From positions 1-64,000 of the IMG/VR virus record IMGVR_UViG_3300017613_001944: DNA of 64,000 nt; one strand, given 5' to 3'. Shown here piece after piece: positions 27,882 to 39,700 of the stretch. Both the position numbers and the translations under genes were made by a program. This DNA is from a virus. Under the pieces are notes generated by a model. It saw only the letters and a program-made list of their open reading frames with translations, did not search any database and was not told where the DNA came from. How positions within the stretch are numbered: the first letter of the stretch is position 1; every line of letters begins with the position of its first letter.

Positions 27882-27893
27882 CAGGAGAGTTAA

Positions 27894-28676
27894 ATGACTG
27901 AAGAGCAGACCACGAATGTGACGGATGGAAATGCTGCACCGGCAGTAACACCTGTTCCTGCTGTAACTACTCCCACTCCGCCGCCTTCAGGCCAGCAAAC
28001 TACTTCTTCCAAGCCGAATTCAGATGTTGTGGATGCCGACGGGAAAAAGTGGAAAGATAAGTTTTATGGTCGCGAAGGTGCGATTGGGCAGTTGCAGAAA
28101 GAAAAAGCTGAGTTAGAGGGGATGTTTAAAACCCGCCTCGATTCCGCCCAACAACAGTTGGACGAAAGAGATGCGAGTATACTCGTCCTGCAAACCCAGG
28201 TTGGAGATCTACAACCCCAGATCGAAGCCATTGGCGACCTCCAGGAACAAATCGACAATCTTAGTAAAGAAGCCGGGTTAGCCACCAAATACAAAATATT
28301 GACTGAGTACCCAACGCTGCTTGGTATGCAGGTAGAAGAAGAGATCCCCGCAGAGGGAGAGGGAGAACCCACGAAAGTGTTAGTTAACCCTCTAGTAAAT
28401 CTCGTGGAGAACTCAACTTTAGAGGGAGATGCACTGCGTGCAGAGATTGCGCGTCTTGCAACCCTTTATAGTAGCGTCCCCCAGCAAGAGACGCCACCTC
28501 CTGCTGCACCAGTAGCTCCCACACCCGCTGAACCCGTTCAGGACAGTCCTCAGTTCCATTACAACAAAGCAATGGAGATAAAGGACAGAATGAACTCGGG
28601 AGAGGGCGGGTTGATGGATGAGTTTAGGGAGGCTTGGGAGCAGTACAACAAATCGAATGCGGCAGCAACCGGCTAA
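27894..28676 (+). CDS. Putative capsid scaffolding protein
   Basis: Pro/Thr-rich ends, central coiled coil, directly before capsid candidate. Confidence 0.65.
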   Translation: MTEEQTTNVTDGNAAPAVTPVPAVTTPTPPPSGQQTTSSKPNSDVVDADGKKWKDKFYGREGAIGQLQKEKAELEGMFKTRLDSAQQQLDERDASILVLQTQVGDLQPQIEAIGDLQEQIDNLSKEAGLATKYKILTEYPTLLGMQVEEEIPAEGEGEPTKVLVNPLVNLVENSTLEGDALRAEIARLATLYSSVPQQETPPPAAPVAPTPAEPVQDSPQFHYNKAMEIKDRMNSGEGGLMDEFREAWEQYNKSNAAATG

Positions 28677-28688
28677 GGAGGATTAAGT

Positions 28689-30143
28689 ATGGCAGGCGAA
28701 GTTGAAAAATACCTCGACTCCCATCCATTTCGGATCTGGGATCAAAATAGTTGGGATGAGCGTTCTGCCTTGATCGACGTAGCTTTTCACGGCACCGACG
28801 TGTTGTTCACCCCTCTCATTGGCTCGACAATGACGATGCCAGCGGGGGTTGGTTGGAACGACTATTGGTACGCGGGAGCTGAGTTGGTCAAAAGCCATGT
28901 GAACCACGAAACCATTGGTCGATACCAGAGAATGATGAACCCGCTATACGTGGACACACGACAGCGCAGGCTGCGTGCACGTTATCGCTGGGGCGTTAAG
29001 GCTCAGTACGATCAAATGGATGAGATGGTCACACGGTACGGCAACGACAGCGATCAGTTCATCAGCCGAGTATTGCAAGCTCAGTTAGCCGACCAGATCG
29101 TCGGCATTACCGAGAAGGTAGCTCGTGACGGCATTCTCGACAACGCTCTTCACAAGTTTATCTTCGACGGTAGGGCCTTCGTGAATGGCACTGCTGACTA
29201 TAGCGATATCGGCACCACCGCCGCAAGTGCCTTCAGCGTCAAGATGTTGGAAGACATCGCCCTCCGCATGAGCTATCGTGCAGAGGAGACTACGAAGGCT
29301 TGGGGCGACTACGCACAACCCGTCCCTGGAAGCAACTTCCGAGGCTCAGTACTCGTGATGGTCACCACTGGTGTCTATGACAGTATCTGGAACTCTGAGG
29401 AGCAAGACTGGATGATCGACCTGCGACAGTTGCAGGATGATCGGATCATCAATGGTGGTCGTGTGCAGTATCGCAACATGACTATCCAGGATACGGGGCA
29501 CACCATGGTGCAATGGAATGCTGGCAATATCACCAGGCAGGTAGGCGTTAACGCTCCCATTCAATGGGGAGATGGCGCACCTGATCCTGATAGCACACTG
29601 GTTGACAGTGTGTGGCTGGCAGGACAGAGCTCCAGTGACATGGTTCACTATGTGAGCTGTACGGATCTAGGCACGTCCCAGTTTGCTGCTGGTGACTTTG
29701 TCTCGATTCACACACAGCGCACCAGTGCAAACGGTGTCACGAACGCTTGTGATCCTCTACACGGTAAGACCTTCCTTGCGGAGGTTTACAGTGTTGATGA
29801 GGATAACGAACGCTTGACGTTCCGCAAACCCATCACCGAGCAGTATCTCGATGCGTTCAATGATGCTACCCATGGTCAGGTGTATGCTTACGTGACCAAG
29901 GCCCAGCACATTCACCCCATCGTCATAGTCGCTGCAAGGGAAATGGTGCAGTTCGTAAAGCGCAATCACACTGATGGCAGCTTCATCCAGTTCAACCGCC
30001 CCACCGATAACGACGTGGACTTCCCGTCGATTGAGCGTGTGACGGCTAACTGGTATGGCGAAGTCAACCCGTGGTCACTGGACCTCTTTGAGGTTTGGTA
30101 CGCCGCTGGACGCTTCGGAAACCGTGGTGCTGTGAGCTACTAG
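28689..30143 (+). CDS. Putative major capsid protein
   Basis: Strong AAGGAGG RBS, 484 aa, position between scaffold and neck genes. Confidence 0.65.
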   Translation: MAGEVEKYLDSHPFRIWDQNSWDERSALIDVAFHGTDVLFTPLIGSTMTMPAGVGWNDYWYAGAELVKSHVNHETIGRYQRMMNPLYVDTRQRRLRARYRWGVKAQYDQMDEMVTRYGNDSDQFISRVLQAQLADQIVGITEKVARDGILDNALHKFIFDGRAFVNGTADYSDIGTTAASAFSVKMLEDIALRMSYRAEETTKAWGDYAQPVPGSNFRGSVLVMVTTGVYDSIWNSEEQDWMIDLRQLQDDRIINGGRVQYRNMTIQDTGHTMVQWNAGNITRQVGVNAPIQWGDGAPDPDSTLVDSVWLAGQSSSDMVHYVSCTDLGTSQFAAGDFVSIHTQRTSANGVTNACDPLHGKTFLAEVYSVDEDNERLTFRKPITEQYLDAFNDATHGQVYAYVTKAQHIHPIVIVAAREMVQFVKRNHTDGSFIQFNRPTDNDVDFPSIERVTANWYGEVNPWSLDLFEVWYAAGRFGNRGAVSY

Positions 30144-30144
30144 T

Positions 30145-30816
30145 ATGGCAACTGGAACATGGGATTCAGTTAACGATAAGCTGGATTTGTTTCTGGGTAA
30201 ATCCTGGGAGGCAGATGGCACGAATCTAAAGTCATTGCCTCTCAGGATAGAGGCGTGGAACTGGGCACAACGGGTGTTTGTGCACCACACGCCGCTGCAA
30301 CAATATGCCACTCTGTCCTTCCTAGCAGGAGGGCGTTCAGCGCTTTTACCAGAAGACTACTATGCTATAGACGGCATATACGATTCTACGGAGGAGCGTT
30401 GGTGGAAGCCTATGCGCCGTCGTCCAGGCGACATTAGGTACGTAGATGATGAGGTACTGGAGTATTGGGTGTGGGCTGACAAGATCATTCTCGAGAATGA
30501 ATACACTGTCGGTGCTACGGATCTTACCCTTTACTACTGGGCTTATTATCCAGACGTTACTTATAATGTCGAGACGGTTGGCGAAGATGTGCTGATGACA
30601 CCAAGATGGGCAGAGTTGGCATTGGCGCACCTGACCACTGCTAATATCATGCAGCCGATGGAGGTCTTTGCATCTGATATCAATCAGTACAAGATCCGCA
30701 TCGAGTCAGGCAACCCGGAACACAATCCAAGAGCACAATCTGCACTATACCATCTCAATTGGTACAATATGCTGTTGTCTCTACACCCACCAGCAAACAT
30801 GGAGAGGTCTGGATGA
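30145..30816 (+). CDS. Putative head-tail adaptor
   Basis: Position; LPEDY, LTLYYWAY.P pattern seen in adaptor proteins. Confidence 0.55.
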   Translation: MATGTWDSVNDKLDLFLGKSWEADGTNLKSLPLRIEAWNWAQRVFVHHTPLQQYATLSFLAGGRSALLPEDYYAIDGIYDSTEERWWKPMRRRPGDIRYVDDEVLEYWVWADKIILENEYTVGATDLTLYYWAYYPDVTYNVETVGEDVLMTPRWAELALAHLTTANIMQPMEVFASDINQYKIRIESGNPEHNPRAQSALYHLNWYNMLLSLHPPANMERSG

Positions 30817-31367
30817 CACGTCCCGATAACGTGCCGACCACTCTCGAGGCGATGATTGCCGATGGATTGGAGGGTGCATGTACTGAGTACTGCATCACTA
30901 ACGTCGATGACGACGATCCATCAATGTCAGACCACGTTATTCTTGGTAAGCCTACGGAGGAGTTGGCTGACGAAATCGTAGTATCTATTCACATGCAACA
31001 CCCTTTTGGCCCAACGATGGACAAAGACTCGGCTATCACAGGCAAGACTGGTGTTACAGGCTTTCACTTCCCGGATGAGACTATCGGTGGTGGGCGAGTG
31101 GATCAGATAATGGGAGCCGTGCAAGTTAATATACGTCAGGATCTAGAATATGCTGACGCTATGTGGATTAGCGCGGTAGTCGTGGAGCGTGTCAAACAGG
31201 CCATCAATCTCCATCCAGATGTGCGGAGCTTGACGGATAGTTACGGTAATGTCATGTTCAAACTGCAAACTTTTAGAGCGATTGGCTATGCTAGCGGCGG
31301 TGGCGATGTCTCTGTCTATTTTAGATGGGTTGACTTTGTCGCTTACGTCAGCTACACCAATTGCTAG
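30813..31367 (+). CDS. Putative neck/tail-completion protein
   Basis: Position before tail tube; ATGA coupling. Confidence 0.5.
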   Translation: MTRPDNVPTTLEAMIADGLEGACTEYCITNVDDDDPSMSDHVILGKPTEELADEIVVSIHMQHPFGPTMDKDSAITGKTGVTGFHFPDETIGGGRVDQIMGAVQVNIRQDLEYADAMWISAVVVERVKQAINLHPDVRSLTDSYGNVMFKLQTFRAIGYASGGGDVSVYFRWVDFVAYVSYTNC

Positions 31368-31379
31368 GAGGGATAGGTT

Positions 31380-32567
31380 ATGGCTGGGTTACAAATGCCA
31401 AATGAGACCAGGTTTGGCTTGGGCATTCAACAGGGAGGTGGAGGCCAAGGTGTCTCTGACTACTTGAAGATGGCCCTGGGCTATGAGCATGTGGTCTCGA
31501 ACAACGACAACTTTTCATATTTCCCTCTAACCGACGTTGGTATCTCCCCTGTTAAAACTATGGGAACTCTTCCACCGGAGATTGGTGGACGAGCCCTGGC
31601 GACAGGAGCTTATGCAACCGGCACTTGGGCTGCTGGCCCAGTGACAATGATCCCACGCTTGGACAATCGGCTGGGGTGGTTGCTATTGGCTGGAATGGGG
31701 GATGTCAGCACAGTTGCGGATACGAAAGCTGAGAATCTCGCCATCCTTGGCGGGGTACACGGCGCTGATGCTGGTATCAACAGCCACATCTTCCAGTTCA
31801 ACATTGACGATCAGTACTTCGTCCCGTGGCTCACGCTACGTCGTTTGCTTCCGCATTCGACCACGGCGCTGCGCTTGGGCGAGACGTTCCAAGATGGAAA
31901 GATGGCTACCTTCACGCTCACGGCAACCGCCGGAGCGCCCTTGCAAGTAGACGTTGACTTCCTGGCTAGATTGAAGCAGAGTAACTACATCTTTGACTTT
32001 GATCCAAGCTGGGGTACGTTCGTCAACGATGACTTTGACAAGTTCGGCGTTACGAGTTGTGATGGTCACTTTAACGTGGAAGACGTGGCATTCGATGTCA
32101 CTGCGGTTACGATCACGGTAGGTAACATCTTGTTGCCTCCAACCCAATCAATCATCATAGGAACCACACATCCTGTTGACTTCCCGAATCTCAACAGGAC
32201 GATGACGGTGACGGCTTCCTTCCTGGTGAGCACTTGGGACTTCTATGTCAGCACTTTCGCTGGGTCTGCGGTTACGGCTACAGATTCCAATGTTGAGTGT
32301 GCGGTTTACAAGGCAGACATAGATGTGATGTTGGCGAGTCAAGTTAACATCACCGGATCTGAACCGTATCGTATTCGGATACTGTCCAACCCGAACGAGG
32401 ATAATGCGGCTTGGACTGTTCAACCCGTTAGGATCATGCCTAACAGACCAGTGGTTGTTCAGGCTAACTGCACCGTCCTGGCGTTGGAGGGATCAAGTTG
32501 GGAGAACCATCCGGTTTTCATCGTTCTTCAAAACGACAAAGCCGACTACAACCTTCCAACACCATAG
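31380..32567 (+). CDS. Putative tail tube (major tail) protein
   Basis: Position before chaperone/TMP; beta-rich; AGGAGG RBS. Confidence 0.65.
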   Translation: MAGLQMPNETRFGLGIQQGGGGQGVSDYLKMALGYEHVVSNNDNFSYFPLTDVGISPVKTMGTLPPEIGGRALATGAYATGTWAAGPVTMIPRLDNRLGWLLLAGMGDVSTVADTKAENLAILGGVHGADAGINSHIFQFNIDDQYFVPWLTLRRLLPHSTTALRLGETFQDGKMATFTLTATAGAPLQVDVDFLARLKQSNYIFDFDPSWGTFVNDDFDKFGVTSCDGHFNVEDVAFDVTAVTITVGNILLPPTQSIIIGTTHPVDFPNLNRTMTVTASFLVSTWDFYVSTFAGSAVTATDSNVECAVYKADIDVMLASQVNITGSEPYRIRILSNPNEDNAAWTVQPVRIMPNRPVVVQANCTVLALEGSSWENHPVFIVLQNDKADYNLPTP

Positions 32568-32579
32568 GGGGTTAGAGAA

Positions 32580-32888
32580 ATGGTACTGACTGTGGGCCAA
32601 ATGCTCCAGTTGGTGCGTGCTGATCTTGAGAGTGAGACAGTTTCCATGAGCAGGAATGCTTGTATAAGGAAACTGTCTCATCTCGAGGGTCAGCTTGGAC
32701 CTAGACTGGGGAAAGGGATTAACATCCCGGTAGAAGAAAAGGATGAGAGGCTTGTCCCATCTGAGGATTTTTCAAAGCGCTCTCAGAAGCAGAGCGTCGT
32801 CGCGGAAGATCCAAAAGATGCGGAAACTGTTGAGGAAAAAAAGAAACCAACCAGAAAAAGAAGGACATATACTAAGAAAGAGGTGTAA
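32580..32888 (+). CDS. Hypothetical protein with basic C-terminus
   Basis: ORF in tail operon. Confidence 0.55.
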   Translation: MVLTVGQMLQLVRADLESETVSMSRNACIRKLSHLEGQLGPRLGKGINIPVEEKDERLVPSEDFSKRSQKQSVVAEDPKDAETVEEKKKPTRKRRTYTKKEV

Positions 32889-32890
32889 TA

Positions 32891-33376
32891 ATGGCTATCA
32901 AAGTCGCGCCTATCTTCTCGGAGCCGCTGTATCTCGGTGATCTGAGCGAAGAAGTGGCTAAGATGGAGAAGGATTGTGACCAAAACGACAGAGCATGGAT
33001 AAAAGCACGGCAAGCGACAGAATCTGATGAGATGGAGATCAGTTCACTGTACTCTAAATCAAAGACTGTGTGGACTGGTGAGGCTACGGAACAGGTCCAA
33101 GAAATCAACCCCAGGGAACGGCAGGCCATGGAGATCTACCTGTGTATGGTAGACGCCGGTAACATTGACGATGAAGATGGCCCACTGTTCACCTTTGTAG
33201 AAAATGGACCTTACGCCAAAGTGGACGGAGGCTTCCAGATATTCAAGGAAGCATACGGAAGACTTCCATCCGAGGCCACATTAGCTATGTTGCGTGCCGT
33301 GTATACTGTTAACCCCGGCTGGGGTTGGTGGTTGAGCCAAGAGAAATCGGAGGGGGAAGCGAAGACGGGGGAGTAA
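32891..33376 (+). CDS. Tail assembly chaperone (lambda G-like)
   Basis: Between tail tube and TMP; ends in slippery sequence. Confidence 0.65.
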   Translation: MAIKVAPIFSEPLYLGDLSEEVAKMEKDCDQNDRAWIKARQATESDEMEISSLYSKSKTVWTGEATEQVQEINPRERQAMEIYLCMVDAGNIDDEDGPLFTFVENGPYAKVDGGFQIFKEAYGRLPSEATLAMLRAVYTVNPGWGWWLSQEKSEGEAKTGE

Positions 33377-33717
33377 ACCCCCTTCTACAGCATCTCGATG
33401 TACTGGAGAACGCAGTTCTTGAGTGGTTAGAGAGGAGCTTCTATGAGACGGCTGACCACGAGCTCCAGAAAGCTCTACGTAAACAAGCGCTGCTCCCAGT
33501 AAATATGCAAGCCGAAATGCCGGAGGCTTACCGCATCTGGCGTACCTGTCAAAGACATAGTGAGTTGTTCTGGCCTGGTGGTATAGCCAATCAACCGGCA
33601 ACCCTTATGTTAGAGATGGAGGCTTGCGAGAGAGTTTCAAACCAGTTCCAGGATCAAATCAAGCGAATGTACGGCATTATCGAGGATAAAGGCAGTGGCG
33701 CTTCGCCCATCGGATAA
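33325..33717 (+). CDS. Frameshift extension of tail chaperone (lambda T-like)
   Basis: -1 frame relative to 32891-33376, no clear own RBS; WPGGIANQP motif. Confidence 0.65.
   Translation: MVVEPREIGGGSEDGGVNPLLQHLDVLENAVLEWLERSFYETADHELQKALRKQALLPVNMQAEMPEAYRIWRTCQRHSELFWPGGIANQPATLMLEMEACERVSNQFQDQIKRMYGIIEDKGSGASPIG
33352..33382 (+). promoter_or_regulatory. Programmed -1 frameshift signal
   Basis: In-frame G GGG GAA at 33352-33358, then GGGGG-AGTAAA-CCCCC hairpin 8 nt downstream; -1 frame open to 33717. Confidence 0.7.
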
Positions 33718-36700
33718 CCCAGGGAGAGCTCTGCAAGACAGGGCAGAACAACGCGCTCAACAGCTTATGCGTGAGCGGCGTGGTTGGTCTTATTCTGCTG
33801 CACTCAACTTTGCTATGAATGAGTTGACGTATCAGCAGCAGCATGTCGTCCTGGATGTTGAGACAACGGGTGTAAAGAAGGGCGAGAACGAGCTCATCCA
33901 GATTGGTGCCAGGAAGTTTGGTCCTGGTGGAAAACCCGGAGAGACCTATCAAACCTTTGTTGATCCAGGTGGTCCAATTCCCCAGGACATCACTAATCTA
34001 ACCGGCATCAGCACCCAGATGGTAATGGGTGCTCCCTCTCCACAACAGGCAGTCTCAGAACTGTCTCAGTTTGTAGGCAATCTCCCCGTCGTTGGTCACA
34101 ATGTTGGCTTTGACATTGGCTTCCTGGGGATGCACGGCTTTGAAGCATCAACAGCAGCAGACACTCTAGCTGCATCCAGAGCCGCTATGCCACAACGTCG
34201 CAGCCACTCTCTTGCCAACATCGCCGCAGAGCAGGGGTGGGGAATACAACAGCACGAGGCCATGGCTGATGTTGGCATGACCTCCTTACTTCATAGTCAG
34301 CTAGCAACAATGTATCAAGGAGGTGTTCCTCCACCGAGTGGACCACCTCCACCTGCAAACATCTCCCGCTCCATGGGACCCACGCAAAGGGCGTTGCCCC
34401 CAGCAGTGCACGGCGCTGCTATGCAGTTGGGGATAGACGCACAGCAGGCTTCTGAGATCGTCAGCTCGGCTGGTGGTGGATCTATCCGCCAGCAGATAGA
34501 AGCCGTACAACAGTTTGTATACAACAAGATAGGCAAACCCGCCCCCTTTGGCGGTAGTGCAGATCCCATGCAGGCTCTCTCCCCCACACAGTGGGTGCAA
34601 ACCACAGAGAGTGGGCGTGCGATGACACGCACCATGACACCCTTGCCATCATCCTTTGATCCAGCTAAAGCGCAGGAGACATGGGACCCAGGGCAGATAT
34701 CCTATCCTGGGAACAAGATGCAACTTGATCTTGAGCGCAGTCTTGGTGCTTCGATATGGCCTGTTCGAGGTGGGGCGATTCAGACGGGACTAGAAAAGCC
34801 TGAACAATTCCCCAAGCGAATTAAGCAAGCAATCTCGAACTATCAGCAGATTTATCTCAAGGACATGGAGATAGAGGAGGCTCCGTGGTTGACAGGGCCA
34901 ACCTCTCAAGCTCCCGAGAAGGGGCAGACTCTTCGCACTGCTGTGGTGTTTGGCGGCTTTGCTCCCGAGGGCATGTCCTACATTAAGCAGGATCTGGGCT
35001 CCGCCGGGGACTTCAAGTATCACAAGCTCCCTATTCCAGCAGGGGTGGTGCCAGAGGATATAGCTCCTGTCGGAACTGCATTTACTAGATCTCAGGGGGC
35101 ACAGCTATTCAAGGGGCACACCGGCATCAAGTTTGGTGACTGGGAAGAGCAGCATGTTCAGGACATTAGATTTGAGCCTGGAGCCATCAACCAGCCAGGC
35201 GCTCTACACGTCAGAATGGGAAGGGGCATTCCTCTAACACGCGGTATCGGCTACTCGATGCACTCTGGTAAGGAGTTGCTGGTGGGTGCCGATGTCGAGA
35301 AGATGACTGGCAGAAGCGACATCCAGGTGGTGAAAGCTGGTCCCAGGGATGTGCTTGGTCTGGCATTCCAGGCATACAGCTCCATGGCTCCAGCCGAATA
35401 CGAGAGGGTAACTGGCAAGCCGCGCCCTGCCACTTGGCAACAAGCTGCCGCAGATGAAGAGTCTATGGCAGCTTTTGATCGGATGGCTAGTGACAACGCC
35501 ACGATGCTCCAGTTCCCCGACCAAATTATCTCTAAAGCCAACCTTGAGGCTTTTAAAGAGGGCAATAGGATAGTTCCCGGCACATTAGAAGAGCTCGGCG
35601 GCGAGAGATACCGTGCCACCCTGGAGTATCCAGCGGTGGTAATGGATCTCTTTACCCAGTTCACCCGTGGGGCCTATGAGCATGGTCAACCATTTGTTGG
35701 GGAGGGTACTCTCCGGCGAATAAGAGACGCCAACCCTCAACTCTACAACCAGATGATGGGTGAGGGAAAGCAGCAGCGTGAGTGGAGACAGCAAAACGTC
35801 CAGGCATACACTGCCAGCAGAGGAATACCGGGATTAAGGCAAGCTCCAGACCAATACACTATGGCAAGGGATCTTCCCTGGACTAACATTACACAAGACG
35901 CTACTCGCAGAGCCATGAAGATCAGCGGTGTTGATCGCCCCGAGGATATCCCTTACGGCGCAGAACAAGCAGCACTGTTACAACGAATCCCTCTAACTCA
36001 CGAGGGTCGAGCCACAGGAGCTCTCGCCTTCGAGAGCCGTGGCAAGGATTATTTCTTCCCCCATCCCAGGCATGTCCCCGCCGTACCAGGGACCTTGGGC
36101 TATGAAGAACGAAGCGCCTATAGGCACCGCTACGCAAATCTACTCCAGGAACAAATGAGGTATCAAGAGACTGGTGAGGAGGAGCCGTATCGCTCTGCCC
36201 TTGCTGGTACAATGCTAGCTAGTCACCGTCTTGTAAGCTCCGGCGAATTTCTAAAGCGCACGCTGGGCGTAGAGCCACGAAGTCTATATGGTGGCATGGG
36301 TGCTGCATCTTTCGCCAATCTTCCCGAAGAGCTGTATATGCCAACAGAGGCTGCTGCAAGAGCCAGTGGTATCAAGGTTGGCACTCCCGAATATGAAAGA
36401 TTCCAGCGCAATTTCGAGTCAGGCGGTTATCAGTTTGCTGCCTCTGTATTCCGGGAGCCTACCACTGATACGGCGGGAGTGCTGGTGAAGGGACTGGTCA
36501 AGTGGATAGGCACACATCCAAACGAAACTCTTCGGGACGCACGTATACCAGTCTTGTCTGCGGAGATGGGCCAGACACTAAGAGGCGACTTTGACAAGGA
36601 CGCCTACACCATTGCCAGGGAGTGGGGCATTGATCTAGCAGATGCCCAAACTCTCAAGATACAAATGCGCGACTTCAATCTTTCAAATGCCCAGGCTGAC

Positions 36701-39700
36701 AAGGCAGGACAGCGAGACAAGCAATTCAAGGAGATTGGAAAGTTTGGCACTATTAGATCCATGCTGGATAGAATAGGCCAGAGAACAGCAATACCTCTTA
36801 GAGATGCTATTGGGCAGATGAGCGAGAGGTCCAGTGTCGGCAGACAGATGGGTTATGGCTACAATATTCAGCAAGAGCTAGAAATGTCGGCGGTAGATCC
36901 AGAATCCAAGGCAGCAGCAGAGCTATTGGGCTCCAATATGTATATGCAGGGCCAGGACTTTGAGAAGTGGAGCAAGGAGCTTGAAAGTCTGGTAGTGCAT
37001 CGCAGTGCCAACCTTGCAACAGGCGGTGCATATAATATCATTACTGGTGAGCCGTCACGCATCCCATTCGGCAGGTCAGAGACGGGAATGATGCTCTCTG
37101 CCATTAGGATGGGATCAAATCTCCCAGGCTTGAGCTCCAGAGAGAAGGCAGCAATGATGACCCCTGCTGGTAATGAGGGGCTTCGTGCAGCAGTGGAGGG
37201 AGCTCTTGAGTCTGGTGACATTGACTCAATAGCACACTTATTGGAGGGTGCTCTTCCCGGCGGGGCACAGGAATGGGGAGAGAATACATTATTAGGGCGA
37301 CAAGTGTTAGGTCGCGCAGCAGATTTAGGACAAAGGAAAGGTGCCAAAGGAATCCGTGAATCACTAGCAGAAATCGGCAGATCATTAAGGTCTGTCGGTG
37401 CAGTAAGACGTTCTTATCCATTTAAGGGACGTGTGGAGGCGCTTAGAGAAAGAATGCGTCTAGGCGGAGAGCCTCCATCACCCGTTATGCAGGCTCTCTT
37501 GCCTGGCAGCGAAGCGCCTCTGGATGTCTCAGGTATGACACCAGAGGAGCAAGATGCTATGGCTATAAAAGCAGCCTCAGCCTCCTCTGGTAGGGGGCAA
37601 GGGCAAACACCAGAAGAAACAAGACGATTCGCTGATCGACAAATGGAGTGGCAAGCTGAGATAGCAAGAGGTACCGCTGACCCAGCAAACTATCCCGATC
37701 TATTCCCAACGAAGGAAGAGTACGCGAGATACGCGGCTCAAAGAGCCGGGGCACCCCCACGCCCACCCGATCCGGCACGTTCTGCCGGTTCAGGCGGTAT
37801 GGGAGGTGGAAGATTACCGCCTGTCACCACCGCTACCCCAGATCCGTCAGATCCACGTCAGTCTGGTGAAGGTGATCCCAAGAAGTGGGTTGTCAACCTG
37901 AACTATGGTGCTGTGAAGATAGGAGACTTTAACCGAGCAATTGAGACAATGACCAGCCGACTTGGTGATTGGTCTGAAGAAATGGACCCGATTGTCACCG
38001 GCGGTAAGCAGTTCACAAAAGCCCAGCAGCAGATGACTGAGAAGTTAATCTCTGCACGCAGAACTCTCGAAAGAGCAGATAGAGGCGAGGGGGATTTTAC
38101 GTCTGCACAGATACAAGCTGCCCAGCAAGCTCTTGCCACGCCTGGTATGGGTGTTCTTGGGCAAGCAGAAGAGCAGATCACCAATCGCTGGTGGGGCCAG
38201 AGAATGGATCAGGGCGCAAGAGGGCGCGTAGGTCGCTTCTATGAGCGCTTTGGTTCACGAGGAATGGGAGACGCCTCACCAACAGAGCGCATGGAGCGCG
38301 GATTCAGAAGTGTATTCTCTGGATGGGAGCTCATGCGCTTACAGCGTATGTGGGGTCTGACTGGTGGACGAGCGTTTGGCGCTATGCCAGTTGCCGCAGA
38401 AGCACAGCAAGGTGCTATGCAAGCCGCCATGGTTGGACAGCCTATGGGCCAGTTTGGGATGGGCGATATCACTGCTGGCTTACTTGAGACGGGTGCAAGA
38501 CAACAACAGTTCCAGGTTCAGATGGGCACTGCTACTAACCAGGCTTGGGGCTGGATGCCTAGAGCTATGGCAAACACAGGACTGGGCACAGCGGCTGGCA
38601 TTGGATTACCTGCACTTGGCATGGGTGCTGCTGCTGGATGGGGAGCTGGGGTACTTGGACTTGGCGCTCTTTCTACTCCCCTTGGTTTAGGGGTTGCAGC
38701 AGGAGCGGGTATATATGGCGGGATCAACTATCTAAGAAATAGGCCAGAAGAGGACATAGATGTTGCGGCAGCGGAGCAACGAAAGCGAGATCTGACGCGA
38801 CAAATAGCGACACCTCAAGGGCTGGAGCGCTTCAGGCCACCGGGATGGATGGGTGGTGCCTTTGGCCCAAGCGTTGAAGGCTACTCTGAAGAACAAGCAG
38901 AGAGAGGCGAAACGATCCTTAGCGGAGAGCTAACTGGTCTTTCTGTTCCACAACGGATGAAGGCCATTCAGGAAGCATATCAATATGCTCCGCAATGGAT
39001 GGAGCCAACGGCTGCACAGGGCCTTGCTCAACAGTGGATGCGCTATGATCCCGAAGCAACTAACATCAGAGAAATCTACGAGGACCCACGCTTCGAGGCA
39101 ATGGCTGCACGCGGCACTGATGTTGAAACCTACGCTAAAATGGCAGAGGGTTTTGGTATGCGCCCAAGCCAAGCCTTTGATATTTACAGTATCATGGCTG
39201 GCGTGTCAGAGCAAGAGTTTGGTCCAGTTTCTGAGACTGCTCAATCGTGGATGGGACTTGGTAGAGCTGCTGGCATGAAGCCAGAAGACATCTTAAGTCG
39301 CTCCAAGCCAAGAACACAGACTCCTGGGGATACCCGGTGGGGTGATGTATATAATCCTGAGCGACTGGCGGGACCAAGATTGGAGCGATTGTCAGGCGAT
39401 CCGATGGTACAGCAAAGAGCGCAAGCTATCGAAGGTATGATGATACAGCGGCGCACAGCAGGGATGGAGATCCCGTTTGAACCCCCCACCACTGAAGCGG
39501 CGGTGATGGATATCTACCAAGGTGGGCAGATGCAGCTAGGCACTGCTGGATTGGGGCTTGCCAATCAGTTTATGGGAATGGGAGCTACTCCGCTAACTGC
39601 CGGGGCTGGTGCTGGTGCCGCAGAGCGTTACGGTATGATGGGGGTACGAGGTGTCAGTGGCTTTATGGGCGGGGACAGGAACATAATGGCTATGCTTGGT

